Positions 36,413 through 46,094 of a stretch of DNA of 50,661 nucleotides are shown here, in pieces. Both the position numbers and the translations under genes were made by a program. The stretch covers positions 1 to 50,661 of the IMG/VR virus record IMGVR_UViG_3300046719_000014; one strand, 5' to 3'. The stretch comes from a virus (lineage: Duplodnaviria; Caudoviricetes). How positions within the stretch are numbered: the first letter of the stretch is position 1; every line of letters starts with the position of its first letter. The notes beneath the pieces were generated by a model. The model was given only the letters and a program-made list of their open reading frames with translations. It did not search any database and was not told where the DNA came from.

Positions 36413-37615
36413 GTGCAGCCTGTCGAGCGCTACGATGCCGCGACCCTTGGCGAGGTCACCCGCACCCCGCAGGGGTTTCTCAGGGCGCCCGCCCGCGTCA
36501 CGCGCACAGGCGTGCTGACCTATCGCCGCGCCGACGGCACGCTGCGTCGCGAGCTACGCAGACCCGAGCAGGTGTTTGCGGGCGGCTCGCTCGCCACGCT
36601 CGCCGACGCCCCGATCACGGACCTGCATCCGCGCGAGATGGTCAGCGCCACCAACGCCCGCGAGCTCGCACTCGGGCACGTCACCGGCGACGCTCGCGCA
36701 GACGGCAAGCGATACGTCGAGGCAACGCTGCTCATCACTGACGCGAAGCTCATCGCAGCTGTCGAGCGGCGCGACCGCGTCGAGGCGAGCTGCGGTTACA
36801 CGTGCACGCTCATAGAGCAGCCGGGCACGTACCAGGGCGAGCGCTACGACGCCGAGCAGACCGGCATCGTCTACAACCACGTCGGACTCGGGCCGCGTGG
36901 TTGGGGACGCGCAGGCGCCGACGTCGCGCTGCGCCTCGACGGCAAGCCCGCCGAGCTCACCGACAACCCGCACGCCGCAACGCTTGCGCTCGACCCGCTC
37001 GAGCCGCCCGACACCGCACCACACAAAGGACACCGCATGGACCTAGTCACCGTCCGCATCGATGGCATCGACGCGCAAGTCACCCCGCAGGCCGAGCAGC
37101 TCGTGCGCAAGGTCACAGCACAGCTCGAGACTGCAACCGCTGCGAGCGCAGACCTGCAGAAACGGCTCGACGCCAAAAGCGCCGAGCTCGACGCGACCAC
37201 CAAGCAGCTCGCAGCTGCGAGCGACACCAAGCGCCTCGATTCACTCGTCGCAGACCGCGTCGCACTGCTCGACGCTGCGCGCGCAGTGCTCGGCTCGGGC
37301 GTCGACCTTGCGGGCCTCTCGAGCCGTCAGATTCACGAGAAAGCGATCACGCACCTCGACTCGGCTGCGAGCATGACCGGCCAGTCTGACGAGTACGTCG
37401 CCGCCTACTTCACCGCGACCACCAAGCAGGCCAAGCCCGCGGGCGGCGGCGGCAAAGACCCGCACCGCCGCGCCGACGGCTTCCCTGCCGGCATGAGCGC
37501 TGCCGACGTGGCGCGCGCGCAGCTCAAGTCGCGCGAGCCCGCGGGCGCACCGCCAGTCCCCTACGAGCCGCCCGCGTGGCGGCAGCCGCTCACCGTCACA
37601 CGCTCAGCCACCTAA
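36413..37615 (+). CDS. Prohead protease/scaffold (DUF2213-like)
   Basis: RTPQGFL, RTGVLTY, PITDLHP, SCGY, YNHVGL..GRAG; coiled C-terminal scaffold. Confidence 0.9.
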   Translation: MQPVERYDAATLGEVTRTPQGFLRAPARVTRTGVLTYRRADGTLRRELRRPEQVFAGGSLATLADAPITDLHPREMVSATNARELALGHVTGDARADGKRYVEATLLITDAKLIAAVERRDRVEASCGYTCTLIEQPGTYQGERYDAEQTGIVYNHVGLGPRGWGRAGADVALRLDGKPAELTDNPHAATLALDPLEPPDTAPHKGHRMDLVTVRIDGIDAQVTPQAEQLVRKVTAQLETATAASADLQKRLDAKSAELDATTKQLAAASDTKRLDSLVADRVALLDAARAVLGSGVDLAGLSSRQIHEKAITHLDSAASMTGQSDEYVAAYFTATTKQAKPAGGGGKDPHRRADGFPAGMSAADVARAQLKSREPAGAPPVPYEPPAWRQPLTVTRSAT

Positions 37616-37675
37616 CCGGGCCACACACACCCACGCGAGCCGCCGCAACACTCAACTGAAAGTGAACACGACCGT

Positions 37676-38167
37676 ATGCCAGGGCAGATTGTCTACAACT
37701 ACGAGCACCCGATCGGAGTGCACGGGCAGCTCATCGAGAACTACCTGCACGCCGCAGTCACCGGGCTCGCTGTAGCTACCGCGATCCCCGTCGGCGTCGT
37801 GGTCGCCTACGACACCACCGCGGGCAAGCCACCCAAAGCAGTGCGCAGCGTCGCAGCCAGCCTCGACGTCACCACGCTCAACGGGGTCGCCGGAATCACG
37901 CAGTGGGACCCGACCTATCCCGAGCCGCCTTACAGAATCGGCGGGACCTTCCCGGTGTTGCGCAAAGGGCGCATCGCCATCATCGCTGAAACCGCGCTCG
38001 CGGCGCATACAAACCCGTTCGTGCGGTTCGGGGTCGTCGGCGCGGGCACTGTGCTCGGCGCGCTGCGTGCAGACGCAGACGCGGGCAACGCTGTCGTCGC
38101 TCCATACCTCACCGTAGTGCAGGGCGCAGCCATCGGCGGCGTCGCCATCGTCGAGATCAACCTCTGA
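37676..38167 (+). CDS. Head decoration/cement protein
   Basis: Between protease and capsid; VLRKGRI..FVRF pattern. Confidence 0.75.
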   Translation: MPGQIVYNYEHPIGVHGQLIENYLHAAVTGLAVATAIPVGVVVAYDTTAGKPPKAVRSVAASLDVTTLNGVAGITQWDPTYPEPPYRIGGTFPVLRKGRIAIIAETALAAHTNPFVRFGVVGAGTVLGALRADADAGNAVVAPYLTVVQGAAIGGVAIVEINL

Positions 38168-38216
38168 CACGAGCCGCTCGCACACACCGCGCGCACAGAA
38201 AGAAACACAAAACGCT

Positions 38217-39284
38217 ATGCCCCCCGCATTACTCGCGCCCCTCGACCCCGACCGCCTAACCAACAGTCTCGAGCAAATGGGCTTGCGACTCGATGCCGGC
38301 GAGCTCGACCGCTTCTGCGCATCGCTATCGCTCACTCGCGCCGCCACCCATGGGCTCGAGCGGCTCGATGCGAATGACACCGCGTTCTTTCGCACGCAAC
38401 TCGAGTACATCTCGCAGCGGCTGCGTGAGATCCGCTACCCCGCGCTTAAGTGGCGTCTGTTCGTACCCACGACATCAGAGGCCCCCGCGGGCGCTGACAC
38501 ATGGTCTTACTACGCGTGGGATTCTGCAGGCATTGCCGAGCTCATCGCGAACTACGCAGACGACGTGCGACGCGTCGCTGTGACGAGCACGAAGGTTACG
38601 TATGACATCCTGTCGTATGCGCTCGCGTATGACTGGTCTGTGCTCGACGTCAAGCGCGCATCGCTCGCGGGCATCGACTACCGCAACCGCAAAGCAGACG
38701 CCGTGCGGCGTGGTTTCGAGCAGCGTTTCGAGAAACTGGCTGCGCTCGGCGAGCCCGGCAGCACGATCCGCGGGCTGCTGAATAATGCGAACGTGCCCGT
38801 GATTGCCGCGGCCAACGTCGGCGGCACGACTGCTTGGGGCTCGGGAACGAAGACGCCGCAAGACGTTTTGAACGACCTGCTCGCGGGCGAGACTGCGATC
38901 CTAGTCGCCACAAAGGGCGTCGAGTCACCTGACACGCTGCTCTTACCGTTGGCGAAGCTGCGGTACGTTCAAAACACCTCGCTCTACACCGGCGCTGGCG
39001 CTGACCCGAGCGACACGATTTTGAGCGTGTATCTCGAGCGCACGCAGTACGTGCGCAACGTGGACTGGTGGCAGTATCTCGACCTCGCAGACTCTGCCGG
39101 CACGGGCCCCCGCGCTGTATGGTATCGGCGCGACGAGGAGCACGTTCATTTCGAGCTCACCGAAGCGCCCAACGAGCAGGCTCCGCAGGCGCAAAACTTC
39201 GCGCTAGTCGTAAACAGCATGGCCCGCGCGGGCGGCGTCGCGTGGGAGCTGCCGCTCTCGGGCGTCTACATGGACGGCATCTAG
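38217..39284 (+). CDS. Major capsid protein (DUF2184/HK97-fold)
   Basis: FFRTQLEYI, GLLNNANVP, PDTLLLP, ARAGGV..P..YMDGI. Confidence 0.92.
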   Translation: MPPALLAPLDPDRLTNSLEQMGLRLDAGELDRFCASLSLTRAATHGLERLDANDTAFFRTQLEYISQRLREIRYPALKWRLFVPTTSEAPAGADTWSYYAWDSAGIAELIANYADDVRRVAVTSTKVTYDILSYALAYDWSVLDVKRASLAGIDYRNRKADAVRRGFEQRFEKLAALGEPGSTIRGLLNNANVPVIAAANVGGTTAWGSGTKTPQDVLNDLLAGETAILVATKGVESPDTLLLPLAKLRYVQNTSLYTGAGADPSDTILSVYLERTQYVRNVDWWQYLDLADSAGTGPRAVWYRRDEEHVHFELTEAPNEQAPQAQNFALVVNSMARAGGVAWELPLSGVYMDGI

Positions 39285-39397
39285 CAGCGCTCGACGCTCG
39301 CACACACCGCTCGCATAGCTACTGCCAGCGCGCCGCTCACGGCGGCGCAGCGGCACCGTTGCGCCTCGCTCATAGCTACTCGCCCCGTCGGTAAACC

Positions 39398-39877
39398 ATG
39401 CACATCGCTAACAGTGGCCCGCAGATAATCAGCTTCCTGCTCACCGCGGCGGGTGGCATTCAGCAGTTTCGCAAGCTCGGGCAAGTGCCTAACAACGGTC
39501 TGCTCTATCAGTTCATGGGCACGGACGGCGAGGCCGTCTATGCGGCGCTCGCGGGCCCGCTGCAGCCATTTGTCGCAGCCGGCTACCTCGTCACGAGCAG
39601 GGAAGCGCAAACGGTCCCGTACGCCATCGACCCGCTCACCAACCGCGTGCTCACGGTCCCCGAGCTCGGGCCCGGCGAGCACGAAGACCCCTATGCACCC
39701 GAGCCGGATCCCGAGCCAGAGCCCGAACCCGAGCCCGAACCCGAGCCCGAACCCGAGCCCGAGCCAGAACCCGAGCCAGAACCCGAGCCAGAACCCGAGC
39801 CCGAACCAGAACCCGAGGCCGCGCCCGAGCTCGAGCGGCACCGCACACGACGCCACAAGCGCGAGCCCCTGCAATGA
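39398..39877 (+). CDS. Post-capsid small protein with (PE)n tract
   Basis: 20 Pro-Glu/Asp dipeptides at 39698-39817; paralogous to the next gene. Confidence 0.7.
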   Translation: MHIANSGPQIISFLLTAAGGIQQFRKLGQVPNNGLLYQFMGTDGEAVYAALAGPLQPFVAAGYLVTSREAQTVPYAIDPLTNRVLTVPELGPGEHEDPYAPEPDPEPEPEPEPEPEPEPEPEPEPEPEPEPEPEPEPEPEAAPELERHRTRRHKREPLQ

Positions 39878-40227
39878 ACATCACCAACCGATCAACGCGT
39901 CTGCTGTCCATCGCTGCGCCGGGCCACGGGCTCGGCGTGCTGCTGCTCGTGCCGCTCGACCGCGTCGACGTGCCGCCCGAGCTCGAGCAGGCCGTGCGCG
40001 CTGCGCTCGAGGGCCCGCTGCGCACGTTCGTCGCGCAGGGCGGGCTCGACATCGAGGAGGCGACGCCCGCAGCTGCACCGGCGCTCGTCGGCGAGGCCGT
40101 CGGCATCGCGGGGCCCGTCGCACTCAGCGATTGCGTTCACCCGCCGCCGACCGCTGCCGAGCTCGAGCCGACACCCGAGCCCGAGCCCGAGACGACACCC
40201 GCTGCGAGCAGAGGCAAGCGCCGCTAA
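39874..40227 (+). CDS. Post-capsid small protein, paralog of upstream gene
   Basis: [19 protein letters not shown] vs [19 protein letters not shown]. Confidence 0.7.
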   Translation: MNITNRSTRLLSIAAPGHGLGVLLLVPLDRVDVPPELEQAVRAALEGPLRTFVAQGGLDIEEATPAAAPALVGEAVGIAGPVALSDCVHPPPTAAELEPTPEPEPETTPAASRGKRR

Positions 40228-40230
40228 CCC

Positions 40231-40656
40231 ATGGTCACCACCGAGCACATTTTTGCCGCCTTCCCGGAGTTTCGTCGCGCCGACCCTCTGCTCGTCGCGC
40301 ACAAGCTCTACGAGGCAGAGCTGCAGATTGCGCCCGACTACGGCTCGAGCGCTTGCGCGGGCGATGGCGCCATGAGCGAGAACGCGCTGCGCCTCTACGC
40401 GCTGCTCGAGCCGCGCGACCCTACGTTTCCGCCGCCCGACCCGCTCGCGCCCCTCGTGCGCCCGCAGCCGGTCACGCAACAGGCTATCCGCGACATGGTC
40501 GTCAGCAACCTCACGGCGGCACTTCTCGTGCTCACGCCCGCGGGCGAGTTCGCGCGGCTCGACCCGCGCCGCGAGCCCGACGGCGCGCGCTCAATCTACG
40601 AGCGACGCGTCAACGAGCTCCACGCATCGTTTCTGCCGCGGGTGCTCGCGCTGTGA
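40231..40656 (+). CDS. Head-tail adaptor (DUF4054-like)
   Basis: F..AFPEF start, LTAALL; position. Confidence 0.7.
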   Translation: MVTTEHIFAAFPEFRRADPLLVAHKLYEAELQIAPDYGSSACAGDGAMSENALRLYALLEPRDPTFPPPDPLAPLVRPQPVTQQAIRDMVVSNLTAALLVLTPAGEFARLDPRREPDGARSIYERRVNELHASFLPRVLAL

Positions 40657-41210
40657 TCACCATCGACGACATAGACAAGGGTTGGGCAGCCACCGAGAAA
40701 GCGGCGAAAGCTGCCGACACCAACCCCGCAAACGCGCCCTACGTGCTCATAGGCGTGCAGGGCAAGTCGGGGCAGCGCAAGCACCCCGACCCCGACGGCA
40801 CCGGCGACGACCTCACCAACGTGCAGCTCGCCACGATCCACGAGTTTGGCCTCAACGTGCCGCAGCGCTCGTTCATCCGCGGGGCCATCGACGAGTACGC
40901 GCCCGCGATAGGCGAGCGCGCAGGGCGCTACCTGCAACGCTGGGAAAAGAGCAAGGGCGACCCGAAGGAGCTCGACCGCGGGCTGCGCCTGCTCGGCGAG
41001 TTCATCGTTGGGCTTATCAAGCAGCGCATCGACGCGCACATACCACCGCCTAACCATCCCATCACGATCGCCATCAAAAAGTCGGCAACGCCGCTCATCC
41101 GCTACGGGCACCTCAAGCGCAGCATCACTTACGAGGTGCACGCGGGCGGCGGCGGCGTCTCTAAGCCGAGCTCGAGCGGCGGGTTTCCGCCCGCGTCAGC
41201 GGGGGCCTAA
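40653..41210 (+). CDS. Neck / tail completion protein
   Basis: LATIHEFG..PQRSFIR, PPNHPITI..K..PLIRYGHL..SITYEV; GTG start. Confidence 0.8.
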   Translation: MITIDDIDKGWAATEKAAKAADTNPANAPYVLIGVQGKSGQRKHPDPDGTGDDLTNVQLATIHEFGLNVPQRSFIRGAIDEYAPAIGERAGRYLQRWEKSKGDPKELDRGLRLLGEFIVGLIKQRIDAHIPPPNHPITIAIKKSATPLIRYGHLKRSITYEVHAGGGGVSKPSSSGGFPPASAGA

Positions 41211-41902
41211 TGGACTGGCAACTCTACGCAGACAGCGTGCGTTGCTGGGTTGCCGAGCGCTCGCGCATCCCTGTCGATGACGTCGTGTGGGAGGGCGAGC
41301 CCGTCGGCATGCTCGGCACGCCTAACGCCTCGCTGCGCCTGCTCGGCAACTCGGGCCCGTATTCGCAGCTGCTCACGAGCGACGAGACCCGCTATCTCGC
41401 GGCCACTGACCCCGCCAACCCGACCGGACTGCCGATCGTGCAGATCATCGGCAACCGCGCCTTCACGCTGTCTATCGTCGTCACCACGCGCGACTACACG
41501 CCGTGGGGGCGCGCGTTTAGATATCTCGAGCGCGTGCGTGACTCGCTCTCGCTGCCGAGCACGCTCTCGCTCTTTTCGTCGCTCGGCGTCTCGCTCGACT
41601 CGCCCGCCGAGCTCGTCGACCTGCAGCGCGTGTTCGACATGCGCCAAGAGTCTCAGGCGTCGCTCGACCTCTACATGCAGTATGCGTTCGACACGCTCTG
41701 CGAGTGTCAGGCCGACGGCAGCGACGTCGAGACCATCGACACCATCGAGCATGTGATTGTGAGCGGCTCTGTCTGCTCGCACACGCAGGGCCGCCCCGAT
41801 TCACCTTTTCCCGTCGGGCCCGACACCATCGACAAGCCCCCCGTGCCGACTCCGCTGCTGTCTGCTCGCACTCGCAAAGGACTAACAAGCCATGGGCATT
41901 GA
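41210..41902 (+). CDS. Tail terminator / neck protein
   Basis: Position immediately before the sheath gene; coupled start. Confidence 0.65.
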   Translation: MDWQLYADSVRCWVAERSRIPVDDVVWEGEPVGMLGTPNASLRLLGNSGPYSQLLTSDETRYLAATDPANPTGLPIVQIIGNRAFTLSIVVTTRDYTPWGRAFRYLERVRDSLSLPSTLSLFSSLGVSLDSPAELVDLQRVFDMRQESQASLDLYMQYAFDTLCECQADGSDVETIDTIEHVIVSGSVCSHTQGRPDSPFPVGPDTIDKPPVPTPLLSARTRKGLTSHGH

Positions 41903-43208
41903 ATCTGAAGTCATCACACACTCTTTCGTCGTGCAGGATGCCACTGTCACGCAGCAAGGGTTTGGCATCGGGCTCATTGCTGCGGTGCACAACTATTGGC
42001 CCGAGCTCGTGCGCACCTTCAACGATGCGAGCGAGCTCACTAAGGCACCCTACAACGTGCCCGTCACCGCGCCTGTCTACTTGCGGGCCCGCGCTCTCAA
42101 GTCGCAGACGCCATCGCCGCCGAGCTTCAAGATCGGCCGACTGACGGGCACCTTCGTGCAGACCGTGCAGCTCACCGTCGCAGCCCCGAGCTCGGCTAAC
42201 GAGCAGTATCGCATCACCGTCGACGGCATCGCTGTGCTCGTCACAAGCGCGCCGCCGGCAACCGCAGACACCGTCGCCGCGCTGCTCGTCGTCGCGCTCA
42301 ACGCAGTCACCGACATCACCGCCACCGCTGCCGGCGCTGTCATCTCCGTCGTAAGCGACACCACGAGCGCCGTGCACGCCTACACGGCTATCAGCGGCAA
42401 CATGCAACTCGCGGACATGACACCGGCGCCGAGCGTGTTGCCGTCGGCTGACCTGACAGCAATCCGCTCGTTCGATGGCGACTGGTATGGCCTCGACCTC
42501 GTGACACCCGGCGCACCGGCGCAGCTCGACGCTGCAGCGTGGGCAGAGTCCGAGGTCGTCTTATTCCTGCCGCAGACCGCAGACGCGGGCGTCGCCGCGC
42601 CAGGCAGCACCACAGACGTCGCTTCCGTAGCCATGGGGCTCGGGTATCACCGATCCTCGTGGTGGTACCACCAACCCGCAGGCGAGCCGCTCGTCGCGGG
42701 GCTGCTCGGCGTCATGCTGCCCAAGCTGCCGGGCCCGGCGACTTGGGCAAACAAGGAAATCGCAGGCGTAACCAAAGTCGCCTACGACGCGACCACGCGC
42801 GGCACGGTCAAGGCCAAGTCTGCGAACTACTACACCAACATGAAGGGCAACGGCTGGACGCTCTACGGGTGGGCCGCGAGCGGGCGCTTTCTCGACATCA
42901 CCGTTGCAATCGACTGGTTTACGATCGGCGTGCAAACGCGCGTCATTCTGCTGCTCGGCAGCAACGACGTCGTGCCCTACACCACCGCGGGCATCGAGCT
43001 TGTGCGCACGCAGATACTCGCGCAGATCCAAGAGGGCATCGCGCAGGGGCTCATCGACGGCGAGCAGGACTATGCTGTCACCGCGCCAGTGTTAGGCGCC
43101 ATCGATCCAAACTTGAAGCGCCAGCGCATCCTGCCCGACATGCGTTACAGCTATTGCCTGTCGGGCGCCATTCACCACGTGCGCATCGAGGGCACGGTTC
43201 AAGTCTAA
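41892..43208 (+). CDS. Tail sheath protein (DUF3383-like)
   Basis: GFGIGLI, PGPATWANKEIAGV, SGRFLDI..DW, VPYT..GI, GAIHHV.I.G. Confidence 0.9.
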   Translation: MGIESEVITHSFVVQDATVTQQGFGIGLIAAVHNYWPELVRTFNDASELTKAPYNVPVTAPVYLRARALKSQTPSPPSFKIGRLTGTFVQTVQLTVAAPSSANEQYRITVDGIAVLVTSAPPATADTVAALLVVALNAVTDITATAAGAVISVVSDTTSAVHAYTAISGNMQLADMTPAPSVLPSADLTAIRSFDGDWYGLDLVTPGAPAQLDAAAWAESEVVLFLPQTADAGVAAPGSTTDVASVAMGLGYHRSSWWYHQPAGEPLVAGLLGVMLPKLPGPATWANKEIAGVTKVAYDATTRGTVKAKSANYYTNMKGNGWTLYGWAASGRFLDITVAIDWFTIGVQTRVILLLGSNDVVPYTTAGIELVRTQILAQIQEGIAQGLIDGEQDYAVTAPVLGAIDPNLKRQRILPDMRYSYCLSGAIHHVRIEGTVQV

Positions 43209-43231
43209 CTGTCAGACAAGGGAGGTGCGCC

Positions 43232-43669
43232 GTGGGTTTCAAAGCGTGGAACATCAACGAAATGACCGTGAGTCTCAACGCGATTCTGCTGTCGAATGGC
43301 GGCTATGCAGAGGACGAGGTTGTGACCATCGAGTGGGATGACGACTGGTTTAGCGCGTACGTCGGCGCAGACGGCGAGGTCACGCGCGTCAGAACTAACA
43401 ACTTTTCTGCCATCGCGACGCTGAAGTACGCGCAGACCGCGGGCGCTAACGACCTGCTCAGCGGCATTCTGCACGCCGACCTCAAGACGCCCAACGGCGG
43501 CGCTGCAGGCGCGTTCTCGGTGCGTGACACTGGCGGAAAAACCATCGTCGGCAGCTCGCGTGCGTGGATTATCGGGCCGCCCGAAATCAAGCTAGGCAAG
43601 ACAGTCAACGTCAACGAGTGGCGCATCAAACTCGCCGACGCGCGCACTGCGTTCATCGGGGGTCGCTAG
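43232..43669 (+). CDS. Tail tube protein
   Basis: GGAGG RBS, GTG start; VGADGEV, L.YAQTA..N..L; follows sheath. Confidence 0.85.
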   Translation: MGFKAWNINEMTVSLNAILLSNGGYAEDEVVTIEWDDDWFSAYVGADGEVTRVRTNNFSAIATLKYAQTAGANDLLSGILHADLKTPNGGAAGAFSVRDTGGKTIVGSSRAWIIGPPEIKLGKTVNVNEWRIKLADARTAFIGGR

Positions 43670-44206
43670 GTGCGCACACCGCAAGAGAGACTTATTTGCG
43701 GCACGGTCTATCGCGTCACGCCGCTCGGCGCGAAAGCAGGCCGCGTTATGGCTGTCCGTTTGCTCAAGCTGCTCGGGCCCATGACGGCCAGCTTCGTCGA
43801 TGGCGTCGTGCGCGACCCGTCCGACGGCACTGGCGCGCTCGCCATCGGGGCAAGTGACGCCATCCGCGAGCTCACGCAGCGCATTGCCGCTGCCGACGTC
43901 GAGACCATCAGCGACGAGCTCGCAAAGACAACCGTGCTCGTGCTCGAGGATGACCGCGAGCCGCTCTTGAGCTCGCTGTTCGATGACCATTTCTCGGCGC
44001 GGTACGACGCATACACGCAGTGGCTCGGCTTCGCGCTGACCGTAAATTTCGCCTCTTTTTTCGGCGCATCCGCCGCGGACCCAGGCGCCGCAGCGGGCCT
44101 CTGGCAGCGCCTGTCACAGCTAGTCGAATCTCTGTCGAGGTCCCCGACGGCGTCGACTGGCACATCCACCGCGTCGCCACCTCTGGAAAGTACGCCGACA
44201 GCCTAG
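43670..44206 (+). CDS. Tail assembly chaperone (G-like)
   Basis: Between tube and tape measure; ends ..NFASFF plus a tail. Confidence 0.8.
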   Translation: MRTPQERLICGTVYRVTPLGAKAGRVMAVRLLKLLGPMTASFVDGVVRDPSDGTGALAIGASDAIRELTQRIAAADVETISDELAKTTVLVLEDDREPLLSSLFDDHFSARYDAYTQWLGFALTVNFASFFGASAADPGAAAGLWQRLSQLVESLSRSPTASTGTSTASPPLESTPTA

Positions 44207-44343
44207 TTGAGATCTGCATGCACTGGTCGCTCGACGAGCTCTACGAGGCACACGACGTGCTCGATATGTATGACGAGCTCGAGGGCGCGCGCGCGCAGGC
44301 CGAGTACGAAGCCACCGCACACGCTCGCAGGGGGCTCAAGTGA
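44056..44343 (+). CDS. -1 frameshift extension of the tail chaperone (GT-like)
   Basis: In-frame slippery T TTT TTC at 44056-44062; -1 frame open to 44343 (WSLDELYEAHDVLD). Confidence 0.75.
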   Translation, partial: FFRRIRRGPRRRSGPLAAPVTASRISVEVPDGVDWHIHRVATSGKYADSLVEICMHWSLDELYEAHDVLDMYDELEGARAQAEYEATAHARRGLK

Positions 44344-46091
44344 CGACAACCGTGCTGCGCGACCTCGTCGCGCGTCTAGGCTTTGTGAGCGACGCCAAGG
44401 GCTTCGACGAGGCCGATCGCAGGATTGAGAAAATAAAGCGCGAGCTGCTCGGGCTCAACGCTGCCACGGTCAAGGGCGAGCGCGCAGTTACGCGCGGGGG
44501 GCGCAACGCTGCTACCAGCGTCGAGCGGGCATCGCGCCGCGCGCAAGCATCGGCTAGCAGCAGCGGCGGCGGCGGGCTGCTCGGCACGCTCGGGCAGTTC
44601 TTCGCCGCCGGCACGATCGCTGCGTTCATCAAGGGCAGCGTCGAGCTCGCGAGCTCCGTCACTGAAGTCGACAACGTGCTCGAGGCCGTGTTTGGTGCGC
44701 AGGGGCTCGAGCAGATCCGCGAGTGGAGTGCGGCTGTTGCCTCGGAAACGGGGCGCTCGCGCTTCACGCTGCAGAAGTACGCAGCAGACGTCGGCACGCT
44801 ACTAAGCACGACCATCACAGACCCCGCCAAGCTCCGCGAGATGAGCACAACGTTTGCGCGGCTCGCTGTCGACCTCGCGTCATTCAAGGAAACCTCGCCC
44901 GAGGAAGCGATACAGGCCATCTCGTCGGGCATCGTATCGCAGAGCGAGCCGCTGCGCCGCTATGCTGTCGACATCCACGACGCCGCGCTGCAAGAGTTCG
45001 CGCTGACCAAGGGAATCCACAAGAAAGTGGAGCAGATGAAGCTCGCGGAGAAAACCGAGCTCATCTACGCCAAGGTGCTGCGCGACACGGCGCTCATGCA
45101 GGGCGACGCGACCAAGACCGCCAAGACATTCGCGAACCGCATGCGGGCGCTGAACGAGACGGTCAAAGACTTGCGGATCAGCATCGGGCGCGGGCTCATG
45201 CCCGAGGGGAACAAGCTGCTCGCGTGGCTGATACGCACGTCTGAATGGTTCGTGACGCTCAACGAGAAAACCGACGGGCTGAAAACCGCGCTCATCGCGC
45301 TCGGCGCTGCGTTTGCCATCATGTGGGGGCGCGCCATGCTCGGCGCGCTGCCGATGCTCGCGCTCATCGCTGCGCTCTACATCGCTTTCGATGACATCTA
45401 CACGCTCGCCCACGGCGGCGACACGCTGATAGGTGACTTCCTAAAAGAGCTCTACGGCGCAGACGAGGGGCAGCGGAAAGTCGAGGAGCTCCGCGAGTCC
45501 ATTCACAAGATCGGCGAGGCCGTCGCGTGGGTAGGCGAGCAGATCCACAAGCTGCCAAGCTTGCCAGACTGGTTTAGGTGGGCCGCCATCATGCTCAAGG
45601 GCGACGAGCTCAGCAAGCCCGACGCCGACAAGCAGAAGGCCATCGACGAGCTCAATAGGTCGCGCACCGCTGCTATCCAGCGCAACGCCTACAACGCCAA
45701 GCTACGCGCAGAGGGCCGCACCGACGTTCCCGATGACATGGAGGTGCCCGAATACACGCCGACCCTCGCCGAGCAGAAAGTGCTCGACGCCGCCGAGAAC
45801 ACGCGGCGCTTTCGCGATGCACAGGCAGAGCGCGCGCTCGCGAAACTCGCAGCCGACGAGGGGCTCATCGTCGGCGGCGCCTACGCTGGCAACTTCAACC
45901 CGCAAGTCGCGGGCCCGTCGGCAGCCGTGAGCGGCGCGTCAAGCGTCACCATCAACGAGGCACCCATCACAGTCAACATCGGCACAGACACCAACGGCGA
46001 AGTCGCAGGCCGCAACGTGCGCCAGGCCGCCGTTGAAGCTCGCAACACGCGGCGCACCGTCTCGCGCAACGCCCCGGCGCCAAAACCCTAG
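44340..46091 (+). CDS. Tape measure protein
   Basis: LRDLVARLGF start, LAVDLASF, SEPLRRY, QGDATKT..FANRMR; hydrophobic mid region. Confidence 0.9.
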   Translation: MTTTVLRDLVARLGFVSDAKGFDEADRRIEKIKRELLGLNAATVKGERAVTRGGRNAATSVERASRRAQASASSSGGGGLLGTLGQFFAAGTIAAFIKGSVELASSVTEVDNVLEAVFGAQGLEQIREWSAAVASETGRSRFTLQKYAADVGTLLSTTITDPAKLREMSTTFARLAVDLASFKETSPEEAIQAISSGIVSQSEPLRRYAVDIHDAALQEFALTKGIHKKVEQMKLAEKTELIYAKVLRDTALMQGDATKTAKTFANRMRALNETVKDLRISIGRGLMPEGNKLLAWLIRTSEWFVTLNEKTDGLKTALIALGAAFAIMWGRAMLGALPMLALIAALYIAFDDIYTLAHGGDTLIGDFLKELYGADEGQRKVEELRESIHKIGEAVAWVGEQIHKLPSLPDWFRWAAIMLKGDELSKPDADKQKAIDELNRSRTAAIQRNAYNAKLRAEGRTDVPDDMEVPEYTPTLAEQKVLDAAENTRRFRDAQAERALAKLAADEGLIVGGAYAGNFNPQVAGPSAAVSGASSVTINEAPITVNIGTDTNGEVAGRNVRQAAVEARNTRRTVSRNAPAPKP

Positions 46092-46094
46092 ACC

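Noticed and set aside
43203-43218. Eighth octamer array before the tube gene
   Set aside because: Only two units (gtctaact gtcagaca), compatible with chance.
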